Below, one piece after another: positions 24,647-36,800 of a stretch of 64,000 nt of DNA (its first letter is position 1; each line of letters begins with the position of its first letter). The DNA is from Callorhinchus milii. Its lineage: Eukaryota. The stretch is from positions 15,252,001 to 15,316,000 of the forward strand of contig NW_024704755.1 in assembly GCF_018977255.1 (NCBI RefSeq), given 5' to 3'. The notes beneath the pieces were generated by a model. It searched no databases and had not been told where the DNA came from. It was given only the letters and a program-made list of their open reading frames with translations. The translations under genes were made by a program, and so were the position numbers.

Positions 24647-26679
24647 TTCTTTGGGTTCGCGAAATGTAACAGGTGTGGAGAACGCAATTTGAAATCACAG
24701 TTTGGCATTAAAATTATGAAAATAATAACCCATCCTGTTAAGAGCAGAAAAAAGCTAAGTGTATCAAAACTTTAAAAAAATGCTCTGTTTAGCATCATTA
24801 ACAGATTATGGTGCTTTGTCCAATCGTAAATGTTGGTTTGGGCATCAACTCGTGGAACCAGTTGTGTCAGAAACATTCCAATCTGACGAAAAATGTCTTC
24901 TCGTACTTTTATCCAGCTGTCCCCTTTTATAGAAATTAACCTTTCCTTCTCTTCTGGCATAGTGCTCTGCTTCAAAATCACTCCATCAAAAGGTGTACCC
25001 CAGTCCCTCTAAACTCTCCAATTATTGGCCCATCTCCAACTTGCCCTTGGTAGCCAAAGTTCTGGCCACTCAACTTTGCTTCCACCATTTTCTACACGCG
25101 GTCTAGAAACCATCCTCCTTGTCTTCTGCCAACATCTTCTGTCTCCAATGGCTTGCTGCACCCTCTCTGCATCACCATCAGTGGCTAAACCTTCAGTTCT
25201 TTGTCCACAAAATAAACACAATCATACGAGTTCACAATATATCCTGCAAAACTCTTTTGAAACATCTCAACAACATAATAAGGTGATATATCAATCAAGG
25301 ATTGTACTGTAATTATTATTAGATTCCTATACCCTATCTTTTGCAAATCCCTCCACCTCGCAATTTGTCTCACTCTTTCCCAATCCGTCTTTGTCCTGAC
25401 TCAATTCCTACCTCTTGAAACATATCTATCTCCAGCTCTCTCCCCGCTGCCTTTCCCTTACTTAGTGTCCCACCGAAATGCTTTGAAGCCCACCAAGATT
25501 ATAGGCTATGCGAAGGATGCCATGATGTAATATTAATCCTTGTGCCTTATTACGTCTTCAAAACGTCTCAAAACGCTTCACAGAATATACTGTTAAGTGA
25601 ATTGAATTGATGCTGTACAAATGTGAATTGTTGTTGTTCATAGGTAACAAATAATCTGATAAATGCAGGACATTTTCTTACACAAATCTATGCAAATTAT
25701 ATATTGTAGGGACATAATGGTGATTTGCCAGGTGGCGATGCAGACTACATCATATTTATAATATGAAAAGCTATAATCTATCCTTTTGTTTCCCTCGTTC
25801 ACTGTTGTACCTTTGTTTGACTCGCTCAGGATTTCTGTGGATTCCTGATACCTCTACTGCCCCTTCAAGCTATTTCTGCCTCAATCCCTGTACCACACTT
25901 TCTTTTTAAGTGTCTTCAAATCACATTTGAAGATTTTCCTCTTCGCCTGTGCCTATGGTCAATTTGCCAGACAGACACATTCACCCACAAAACACACACC
26001 ACTTCATGTAGTAAGAATGCATATCTGTTTTACATAAATAATGATATATTGTGTAGGTACAACCACTTTACTGCAAGATGCACAGCCTAATTGATGGCAA
26101 ATGTTAATAAGCCATGCACTATATATAATGTGAGTGAGCGAGACTCTTGTAATGGAATTATCCTTTGACATTTACAAATACAGCAGAACGATTGGTGTTT
26201 TTATACTGAGTTGTTTCATGTTAGGTGTATTTTTAGCCATTACGTGAAAAGTTCGACGTCCACGCTTCAACTTTTGCACTGTGTTGGACGAATTGCACCA
26301 CACTTTGTTGGCCTGCTTTTAAGTTAGCCTGTACCAAGTGTTGTTTCATTAGTACTGAAGAAACAATGCGTCAAACTGGTCGATATGAGCTAGTTGCTAG
26401 TTTGATTCACTGTACATGTCACCAGACATCATCTGATGGGAATTTTGATTGCACAGCATCCTCAGTCTATCTGTGGATAATGCTCATGGATAGTGTTCGG
26501 TGGTGGTCAGCAAAGCAAAATATATGTATGTTTTGGAGGATTAGACTTTAAATCCTAGAAGTTCCACACAAAATATTCAACAGGCTATGTTTCATGAATT
26601 GTGCACAACCTTGATGTTGCTATTAGTAGCGGAAATGGTCATAGTCATGGAGCCCTGGGTTGAGCAACAGGTCACTTAC

Positions 26680-27095
26680 TTGGCATTTAAGGCTGATCAA
26701 ACTTGAGCGCGTGAGAAACTGGGATTGTTCAATTGGAGAAAAGAAGAAGGGGTTATCTTCTTGGTGTTTTCCGAATACAAAGAGTATAAATAAACTGTCC
26801 TCAAATAATATGTTTGATGAAGAAAAAGAATGATGCAGAGGAAGGTGATATTTGTCTCTCTGATGGCAATCACACATTCTGGGATTAATGTTACTTTGAC
26901 CGAAAAATTACTAATAAGTATTAGAAAAACAAAGACAGATTGGTACAGTAACATAACATCCCCTCTCATGATTCTGAGCAGTTTTGACCGTGATGGTCTG
27001 TAACAAGCTGATCTGCAACAAGGCTGCACAAATGTTTTGCCGCAAAAAACGTTTCTGTGTCATTTGACTTCCTGTCTTTGAGGGTTCAGGAAGTT
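26680..27095 (-). pseudogene. Degenerate promoter + leader + V remnant
   Basis: SVKVTLIPECVIAIRETNITFLC; acceptor AG mutated to AC; premature TGA. Confidence 0.6.
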
Positions 27096-27399
27096 GTGTT
27101 TGTGTCTGAGGGCAGTTTGTAAGCACATGTGATCCTTGAAGTTATGACGAGTTTAACCCAATACAAGTTGACAGACAAATGCAGCAAAACATCGGGGGGA
27201 GTGCGGGAGAGAAATAAACATGCATTGTCCAGGATACTGTACTGACCAAGACCTAAAATCCCACCTATTATTAGAGTGAAAACACATTTTTAATGTACAT
27301 CAAGCAAAATTGTGAAAAGTTCTTAAAATTAGCCGTCATTTGTAAGTCAGTTTTACGCAGTAAACCAACAGAATAATAATAATAAATAAGCTGCCTACT

Positions 27400-27737
27400 A
27401 ATAATAATATTAATAATCCTTGCATTTGTTATAGCGCTTTTCACATCGGGAAGACGTCCCAAAGCGCTTCACAGAATATACTGTAAAGTGAATTGACTGT
27501 ATATTTGTGGGCGAACGCGCAGCCAATTGCGCACAGCAATGTCCCACAAACAGTCGTAGATTGAAAATGACCAATTTATTATTGTTTTTGGTTTTGGAGA
27601 GATTATTATTAGGCTCTGTGTGGAGTAAGGAAACTTGCCCAAGGTCTCACCCTCTGCCTGGAACTGAACTCAGGTCTCTCGCTTGCAAAGCGAGTGCTTA
27701 ACCACTGAGCTACAGGACTCCACTGAGCTACAGGACT
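27400..27737 (-). mobile_element. Full-length tRNA-derived SINE with L2-like tail (duplicate ~42015-42352)
   Basis: Head TAGCTCAGTGGTTAAGCACTCGCTTTGCAAGCGAGAGACCTGAGTTCAGTTCC (A and B boxes, TGC loop), conserved body, (TAT)n tail. Confidence 0.85.
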
Positions 27738-28904
27738 TAACTGACTAAATTCAGATAAGATGGTGTTCCTCGTTGATGAGAGCTGAGCCATGGGTTATGC
27801 ATTTGAGGCAATGAAGGACTTTAACCAACTAACACTGTGTTCTGTACCATTGAAAACGCTGTTTGGAAGCTACATATTGTTTGTTTAGTGAGGAACATCC
27901 TATCACTTAGGGATTTTCTCTTGTAGGAATAAATGGTCGTCGAATAGGAAGGATCCCTGTCACCAGACTGACCTTCCAAATCCCACTCTGAGACAATAAA
28001 AATGGTCTTAGAGACCTGATGGGATTTTTCGCCTCTGATGACCACACAAATGCAGTTTTTTTGGCAAGAGTCAGTGGGTAATGATGAAGAGAAGGCACCC
28101 TGACTTATTATCCCCTCACTATCCCAGGTGGTGAACGCAAAATGCACACTCTGGGGTCCACAAGTCTTGCATACTAGCACTTAAAGCACCTAATATTCTC
28201 AGGAACTGAGTAAACAGAACGCCTCTCGCCGAGGAGAGTGTGCATTCTATTGCAGGCAGAGATTTCCATGTGTAGGTGGAGCTCCAAGTCTAGTTTTGAT
28301 ATCCTAAGCATGCAATTGAGATTCTGCATGTGTATGATGGCTAACTGACCAAAAAAAATTGGTAATGGCAGCCAGATGAGGAGATACCTTGTGATGTCCT
28401 ATGCAGTCCAGTAGGATGTCGATACTCATTGCCAGTGCTTACAAAAGAATAAGGTCCACTTTGGGCATGATATTGGGGAAAACCAGCAACAATGGACGCA
28501 AATCCCAGAATGAAGAGACTGTGGCTTAGAAGTGAAGATGTATACCAATCATAAGGTAATTTTAAAACAATGAAACCATGAAAGGTTTGTTCCAGTAGGT
28601 GTGAATTCTCAATCTTCAGTGCCATAGAAGTAGTTTCTCTGTTTTATCTGGAGACAATATGCTCACTGTCTCTATGTACATTTGAATATAGTTGCACAGT
28701 AACAACATAATGAATGCAATTGAAAATTTAAAGGAAAGCCCAATATAATACGTTGAAAATACTGAAGGGAGATTTTTGGTATCCCAACTCCCAGTGTTCG
28801 AGTCAAAAGACCAGACAATAAAGTTTTGTGGCTAACTCAGTTTATTCAAATATAATGTTAGAATATAGAAGTTATAGTCTAGTAATAATGAAATATTAAA
28901 CAAG

Positions 28905-29679
28905 TGTAGAATGGAGAAAATAGTGACAGTCATGGGGTAGGACACATCTGTTTTTCTCTGTTTCTGAAGACAGCCTTGGGAAAGAGCAGGAGGTCACCAC
29001 TTATCAGTAAATAACAACAAAACCTACAGAGGTAACAGTCCAAGGTACAGGTCGACACAGTATCTCAGCTTAGCAATAAGTCTCTAGATTCTGACAGGGC
29101 CTACCAAGCGAGAGAAGGCAACCCTCAAGAATAACGAACTAACGAGCAAGTTGTTCAAACTGGAGGCCTTTGGTACCATCCCGGGATACTGATAAGAAAT
29201 AACCATTCACTTAAAAGGAAGACAGTAATGATCCCACATATCAAAATAACAAGCACCAGATACAGCCCTAAACTGAACAATCTCCTATCTTAGACAGGAG
29301 AAAGGGAAGACCTCGTGGAGACTCAGTCAGGCTGGCACCAAGCCAAATGATTGATTAACCTGAGTACGTGACTGTATCAGAAGTAGTTAGAGGGGCCCAA
29401 GGAAGGCCACTTGGAGAAAGGGTATAACTACTGTACCTCTAGGTGAGAACGGTTAAAAAGACAGGAAGGCCAGAGAGAGAGAGAGACCAGTGTGGAGAGG
29501 TCCCTTTCAGAATTACAGGGACGGTGATCTCTGACGTTCTGTGACTGTCTACAAAGCCTGGTGGTATAATTTGTTAGACATTTGTAGTAACTTGTCAATG
29601 CATGTTGTGTTCACTCTGATCAGAATAAACCTTGCTACACCATATTGTGATTGTCGTGTCATATTTCGAACTTTTCCCA
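28905..29679 (+). mobile_element. Possible solo LTR (duplicate 43520-44293)
   Basis: TG..CA ends, TATAA near 29425, AATAAA near 29624; absent from the A1 unit; no TSD found. Confidence 0.28.
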
Positions 29680-30079
29680 GCTCTCTCTGTTTTTGTGTCA
29701 GATTTCCAGCATCTGCAATATTTTGTGTTTTGTTTATGTTATTAACAGATGTTGAGTGATGGTTTGAGTACAAAATCGTGTTATCTGCCATTTTGATTCA
29801 TATCAACAAGATTAAAAACTTAACGTTTACAATTTTATGCAGCTCTGCCTCATAGTGCTTCATTAGATATATCATATTCTAACAAGATCTAGAGAAAATA
29901 TAAAATAATGATTTAAATGTAAAAACAACAATCGCTAGATGTGGTATTGTGCCTTTCAAGTCGGGAGGACATCTCAATCACAAGACAAATTGTAAAGGGT
30001 AGTGACTGTGTGTTTTGTCGTCGAATATGGCAGCCAATTTGCAAACAGCAATGATGCACAAACAGTCATGAAAAGAGTT

Positions 30080-30280
30080 GAGCGGATGATTGAGAGAAAG
30101 AGAAAGAGTGACTGAGGAGAAAGAAAGAGAGAGAGAGCGGAGGGAGCGGGGGAAAGAGAGATAGTGATGGAGAGAGAGTGTGCGCGAGTGATTGAGGGGA
30201 AAGAGAGAGAGTGATTTTGGAGAGAAAGAGGGGAGAGAGAGGGAAGAAAATTAGTGATTGAAAGAGAGAGAGAGAAATTG
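30080..30280. repeat. GA-rich degenerate minisatellite (duplicate ~44695-44895)
   Basis: Repeats of GAGAGA(A)AGAGAG(AT)AGTGATT; a shorter ancestral form lies at ~16075-16130. Confidence 0.75.
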
Positions 30281-31204
30281 TGTGAGCCTCCCTCGGCCAC
30301 TGCGGAGGGACCGAGGACAGACACCAAATGACGTGCTGTGCAGTTCCCTCACAGAAAGTTACCTCTTTCCCCAGTGAGAAACTCCTCTAGGTTCTTCATC
30401 CCACTTCCAATCCTACCACTTCAACCTGCTGACCAGGCTGTTCTATTTGCAGAGCTCCCCCTCCCTTTCCACCCCATCTGCCCCAACATCGCCATTTGCC
30501 GCTGCTCTCAGGATCTCCATTTTCGGAGTCCCTCCCCTCTTTCAAGGCACATCAAGAGATCTTGGATACGCTTTCGGTCATCGTTTCCTCTCCCCACCTC
30601 CTCCCTTAGTTCCCTCCTCCGGCTCAGGTGCCCAGACAGTAGTGTCGAGTGTATTCTGCAAAGCGCATTGAGACATCTTGGTGACGTGATGAGGCGCTAT
30701 ATGAAATGCAAGGATTATTATTATTATCCAGTGCTCAGCAGCCAAAAGGTTGAACCACCCAGTCTTAGATTATGATTTCTAAGTCCCGACACTGGGCTTG
30801 AATTGACAAACTTCTGACTCAGAGGTGGGAGTGCTACCAAATGAGCCAGTCTGATACACAACACATGGTTCACTTCGCATTCCTCAGCGCACTCCTCAGC
30901 GCACTCACTTGAGCTATTTGGATGTATTTTTAAAATGAATGGCTACAAATATAACAAATAGTCACTGAACGGATGCCACTTCAATTCAGATAAAAGCTTA
31001 ACTAGTAGTTTAATAAATTACATTCTCAACATCTTAACATTAGCTTTATGCAATATCATCGAATCTAACTCGAATGAATGAAATAAGTGGAGTACCAAAC
31101 ACTCTGAGTCACAATATAAATGCAAGCTGGTAAGGCACAATAGTGTTTGGTAAATATGAGTAAGGCAAACCAGAATGTATTAAAAGAGCAATATTGAACC
31201 AAAA

Positions 31205-31930
31205 TAGTGGGGTAATTTTGCCACTTTATAAGTCACTGGTGTAACCGCACTTGGAATACTGTATGCAGTTCTGGTCACCACAATATAAAAAGAGTATTGT
31301 AGCAATTGATAGGACCCATAGGAGGGCAACCAAAATAATTGAGGGGATGGAGGAACTGGACGACAATTAGATAAACTGTGTGTGTTCACGCTGGAGACGA
31401 GAGGGGGCAATATGATTACGGTCTTTAAGATTCTGAAGGGGCGAGATAATACAGACCATGATAAGCTGTTTTATCTTATAGTGAACAGTAGAACGAGAGA
31501 ACTAAGCCTGTGATTGAAGTGGGGAGGGGGTAAATTCAAAACAAGTCAATAGAAACACTACTTCATTGAGCGAGTGATAATAATAATAATAATAATCCTT
31601 GCATTTGATATAGCGCTTTTCACGTCTTCTCGATGTCTCAAAGCGCTTCACAGGATATGCTGTAAAGTGAATAACCGTATATTTGTGGGCAAAACGCGGC
31701 AGCCAATTACGTACAGCAAGTGATAAAGTGATGAGCGAGTGATAAACTTATGGAACAGGCTACTAATGGAGACAGTGGGGGCAGAAAGCATAGTTTGTTT
31801 CAAGCAGAAATTAGATAGATTTCTGCAGGAAAACACCACCTCAGGATATATGTAGTTTGTAATTTGGCACATATACCAAGGAATGCTCGGGTGGTGGAAG
31901 GAAGATATACCTTGGGCTTCTTTCGCCTTG
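31205..31930 (+). mobile_element. CR1 LINE 3' fragment interrupted by a SINE (duplicate ~45810-46540)
   Basis: LYKSLV.PHLEYCMQFWSPQYKK..RGDMITVFKILKG is the CR1 ORF2 end. Confidence 0.82.
31581..31731 (-). mobile_element. 5'-truncated SINE with 14-nt target-site duplication
   Basis: TGAGCGAGTGATAA at 31567-31580 and 31732-31745. Confidence 0.82.
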
Positions 31931-33349
31931 CAACTTCTTATCTTCTTAAATTGTTGTTGCCAATATTAAAGGTACATTGGAAAATATACCTAAAAATATT
32001 TCTCAATGCAAAGATTGGAAGCATATAATAGAAATCCCCTTGTCCTAGACATTGCATTCCCCTGAGGCATGGAAAACCGATGATTGACTAAATTACCACT
32101 TTAAACCTCATTGAACACTTTATTTAATGCAATTCAAAATGATGAAATCAAAGCTGTTATGTTCAATTATACTACACGATACAATGAACTTCATTTGTGA
32201 TTTTAGGCGAGTGATATTTGAAATATCCCACAAAAGTACAATAAGACCTTTATTTGTTGCAAAGTCATAGCTGTCATGCTTGCTGAACACCAATAGCTTT
32301 ATTTTAACATAATAAAATATGTTATTTATGAGACTTGGCGATCAAGTCTCTGTCGTTCACACACGCAATGCGAAATGTAAAAACAAAAACTTTAAATTTG
32401 GGGTAGAATGAAAACTTGACTCAGTTTTCTGGTGCCAAATTTGAAAGTTTGCCAATCTGGAAACAAATAACATAATAATCCGGGATGCTTTAAGCTAAGA
32501 GAGACAAATATTTTATTTTTAAAATGCTGAAAAATATGAAGTGTTCACAGTGAAATGAACAGTGAAATCACGCAAAGGGAATATAGCTCGAAGTGCAGGT
32601 GCTTTCTGGATCCTTTTGTGGATAAGGTTTTGTGGCTTCTGATACATAGATTTATTGAAACCATCAACATCATTTTCAGCAGCGGTCAAAAAAATCAAAA
32701 CATGACTTACTATTGATGTACAACTGACTTGATGATATGTCCCACAATTATTTAAAAAACATTATATTGGTTGCGTTTGATATATTAGTAATTGTCATTT
32801 AATTGGAGCCAAATCGACCAAGCTGAAATTGCTAATATTTAACGTGTGAAAAACAAGTAAGAGACGATATTCTAGGTATATGCCAACACCTTAATGGTAT
32901 AAATCAAAGGCACTCAAATATGTTTGATACAGTATACCAGTTCATAATTTACAATCTTCTGTTTCTTCCTATTTCCATCAGCACAATTCAATCACCTCTA
33001 ATCTTTTCTTCCTTATTTCATCTATAACAAAACAAGTAGTGCAACTGTGAATATCACCAATCCTTCGATTCTATGATAAATTGTAATAATTGCTGATTTT
33101 CACACAAACAAATTGATGCTTCAATCTGAAATGTTTACCACGAGACTGCAAACATAAAATGTTTAGTTTTATTCTAAACGGTTGTTAAACTTATTCAGAT
33201 AACACGATTTGCAGTTAGATCGCCTTTCACGTTAGAAGGACGTCTGAAAGCGCTTGGCTCTGTTTGTTGGGCACCGGAGCTGGAGACGGAAGTCAAAGTA
33301 TTCCATGTGACTGTCTAACATCATTTGTCTCTAAGACAATATCCATTTA

Positions 33350-34950
33350 TTATAACACTGGATATATTTTCAACTTATCTTCAAGAATATTCAGCCTCAG
33401 GGAAGCAGAGCTTATGAATGACGATATTAACGTTAATATGATAACCAAGTAACAGATATGGAAGCGATTGCATGAATATATTGTTCAATATTATTCCAGA
33501 CACCTGGAAATTTGGAGGAGATATTTATATAACCATTGATTACTTCGGAATCCTCCAACACAACAAAACGTAATTTCCCCCTTCTAAACCATTCTATGTC
33601 CTGGTTACCAGCGAACAACATGAACTAGTTTCCTGTTCATTGATAATTTCATGGATTACGATATCAATACAATAATTGTAAATGAAACAGTATTATTTTG
33701 AAACAAAGAATGTCTTACCGTTCAAGTGGTTTGATTCTAATGTGGTCAACAATGAAGACTGTCAACACTATCACTACCAAGAAACATAAAATAAACCGAA
33801 AAATCATCATATTGTTGAACATTGGACTGGAATCTGGAAAACAAATATCGGACTGTAAAATGTTTACGTGCAATTTACTGAATAACGACTGTATTGGGAA
33901 AATCCACACATTCTTCATCAATTGATATTGGAAGCTACAATGAGACGGACGAATATTATAAACTGTGCATTCAATTGATTGGAAAATAGCAGCGAATTGT
34001 TGTGAATGTCATCGAGCAAACACTTTATTAGTGATGTTAAAGATGTACGGTTATATATGTTATGGTATCTGTTCCCCTGAGACTGTTTGCTCAGCTTCAA
34101 ATGTACCAGATTTAACACCTGTACCGACCCGAGCCATCGAGAGGTGGACACCATCGTCATCAAACTCATCGCGTTGGACATCTACTATTGTGTGGAAAAC
34201 TCTATAAAACAACTAAACGAGTTTTATTTTAAGTGCAGTAATTGTTGTTATAAAGGAAAAGCAGCAGAAGATTGGCTCCAAAATGTCCCGAGTAAATGGA
34301 ACGGATTAATGAACGAATATTATTTGTGTTTTATTTGTGAACATTCATCAATCCAAAAGTCCAATTTCTGATTTCAAACCTAATTGCGTGTGGAACCCGC
34401 AGCACTATTGCACTTTAGAAGTTAGTAAATGACAAAAAATAACATTTTGTAGGAGACATATGTAGTATATAATAACAAAACAAGAACATCCCCAGGTTTG
34501 AGCTATTTTTCGATTCAAAGACTATATATCTATAGTTGATTGTGTTGTATATATAGATATATACACACATGGAGTTTACAGCGAGAAACTTGTATGACTA
34601 TCAATTGCAGCGTAAATAAATGTAAATACAATTCCAGTAACAAGGTGTTTAACAACAAAAGACAGAAAGACAAGATGTTTCCTGCCATACAATCCCGTGT
34701 CGGGTTTACAAACTGTGTCGCTGCGACTCCGGGAGTCCGGAGGTGCCGTGAGATGTCAGACAGCAATAACCAGCCCCGCGCTGTCCCGGCGGTATCTCTT
34801 CTCTGTGGCTACAGAGCTCGAAACTTCATAAAGTCCCTTTGAATTCTTTCTTTATTACAATTTATCCCCGTTTTAACTTCACTGCCATCTTTATTCCAAG
34901 TGAGTTTGATATCTCCGGGTACAACCCACCCATATCACTCACAATGTGTT
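33350..34950 (-). pseudogene. Degenerate C1 (~34950-34685) and TM-like exon (33503-33350)
   Basis: Paralog of the 18.5-20.4 kb remnant; a possible stalk exon lies at ~34185-34077. Confidence 0.62.
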
Positions 34951-36714
34951 CACGTCTTCGATTCGGAATAATGCTTTCAGTTTAGGGCAATGAACAGTTT
35001 GTGATCAGTGAGACATAACCTGAACATTGTGGCTAAACCTCTCAGAAGTGATGTGGAACCTTTCTCTTCACGTGGAATTTTGGAATCCACTCAAATAAAG
35101 AGCCTTAAATGTAGATTTAAGTCGGATATTTAAAAGCAAGATAGGTAATAGCTTTACGGGATTTGGAAAATGTTGGAGAGATTGTATTTGAAATTCTGCC
35201 ACCATTTCAGAGCAACAACAACCTGCATTTATATAGCGTCCCTCAAGCAGGAGATTGTTCTGAAGAAGACAGGAGATTTCACTGTAATTAGAGATATAAG
35301 CAGAACCTCCCCGTTCACACCACAATTGCGCACAGCAGTGTCCTACAAACAATCGTGGATTGAGTGAGTAAATTATTATTATTATTTTTTAAAAAATGTT
35401 TTGAAGTTATTATTAACCCTTGAAAAACAATCCATGAATCGACTAACATCTGGTTCCTATTTACCGCTCAGTAAACAGATGCCAAGCGTTTCGCCCTGCC
35501 CGGGAACCGTAACCAGGTCCCCTCGCATTGCATTGGATTGTCAGTGACCTGGGATAATCACAATTAATGCATTCAGGATAGAATACAATATTAGATAAAC
35601 ATTCTGGTTACGGCGCTATGGAGGGATATACATGTTTGAAAGCATTGTTAACTTTAGACATTGATGTGCATAATTGATGAATACTGTTTTAATGTAAGTA
35701 TTAAGCACAATAACCAGTTTAAATATTATATCTATTCTCAGTCTGTATTTTTATAGAATTCAGAATGAAAATCACAAGGTGATCAAAACTGAAAACACTT
35801 TGATATTTTGTATCTTAAGATAGGTGTAGCTAATGACAACTGATCACCTTTATTTTAATGATTGTTTTTGATTTTAATACACAGACGAGGGTGACACATG
35901 GGTTATCAAAATGGACAATTGATATTCAGAGAAACCCCCACTAAATAAAATCCATGATTTGTAAAATAGCTCGGCTGTACCCATTGACATCTGATCACAG
36001 TGATGAAACATACTCACTTGCTATTAATAAAAGGAGGGAACATGAGGGGATGGAAAGACATTTTGTGATCAAGTACATTGTGCTAAAATGAAGATTTTTT
36101 GAAAATAATGTGGGTTTAGGATGTTTCCACCTGGATACTAGTGGTTAGGTTTAACAAAACGTTTGGTGATTCACGTCAAATGTTTCACATTCAAACAGTA
36201 TAATGCATTTTATCACCACCCTGCACAACCCGCTCACCACCATTCACCGTACCCTTGGCTCCTATTGACTCTGGTATCGCTTCCTATCCCCTGAGGTTCC
36301 CCAGGACTACAGTCACGTTCCATCCCTCAAGTCACAGTTGCTGCCGAAAAATGGATATTCCTCAGGATGTTCCTCTATCCTCGATCCTCTGCTCTTCACT
36401 ATCTATATATGCTCCCACTTGGCGACATCGCTGTAGACATGTATTACATGTTCAAATGTACAACCATGAAACCCAACTCTCCCATCTTCCTCCACACTCA
36501 ATCTCCACCTTCGACCCGATTGCTGTCAGGCATCAAGTCCTTGATGAGCTCTAACTTCCTTCAGCTGAATAATAATAATAATCTTTGCATTTTATACAGC
36601 GACTTGTAGATCGGAAGCAACGATTATTATTATTATTAACTCGTTATTGTTGTCTCAAATGGCTTCAGATGATTTACTTAATGAATCAAAGCAACGAAAC
36701 ATCGCTATGAAAGT

Positions 36715-36800
36715 TCAATTCACAATAGTTGACTTTTTAACTGCGAACCCACCCGCTGCACATCCAGCCCACAATAAATATCGAGTTACATTTTTACTGT
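36715..36800 (-). CDS. A3 half-TM terminal exon
   Basis: DSKNVTRYLLWAGCAAGGFAVKKSTIVN-stop; same breakpoint as A2. Confidence 0.55.

Larger units (their letters stand above)
19790..34382. repeat. Internal ~14.6-kb tandem unit containing A2
   Basis: Near-identical to 34383-48985; ORF offsets 14,591-14,615. Confidence 0.95.

Noticed and set aside
27650-27737. tRNA-Ala(TGC)-like gene (also ~19500-19570, 30790-30850, 42270-42350)
   Set aside because: No complete acceptor stem; continuous with a SINE body and tail.
34087-34371. Plus-strand Cys-rich ORF containing DIYYC (also 48692-48976)
   Set aside because: Opposite strand to all genes, no other Ig hallmarks, and not open in the 19.6-kb paralog.
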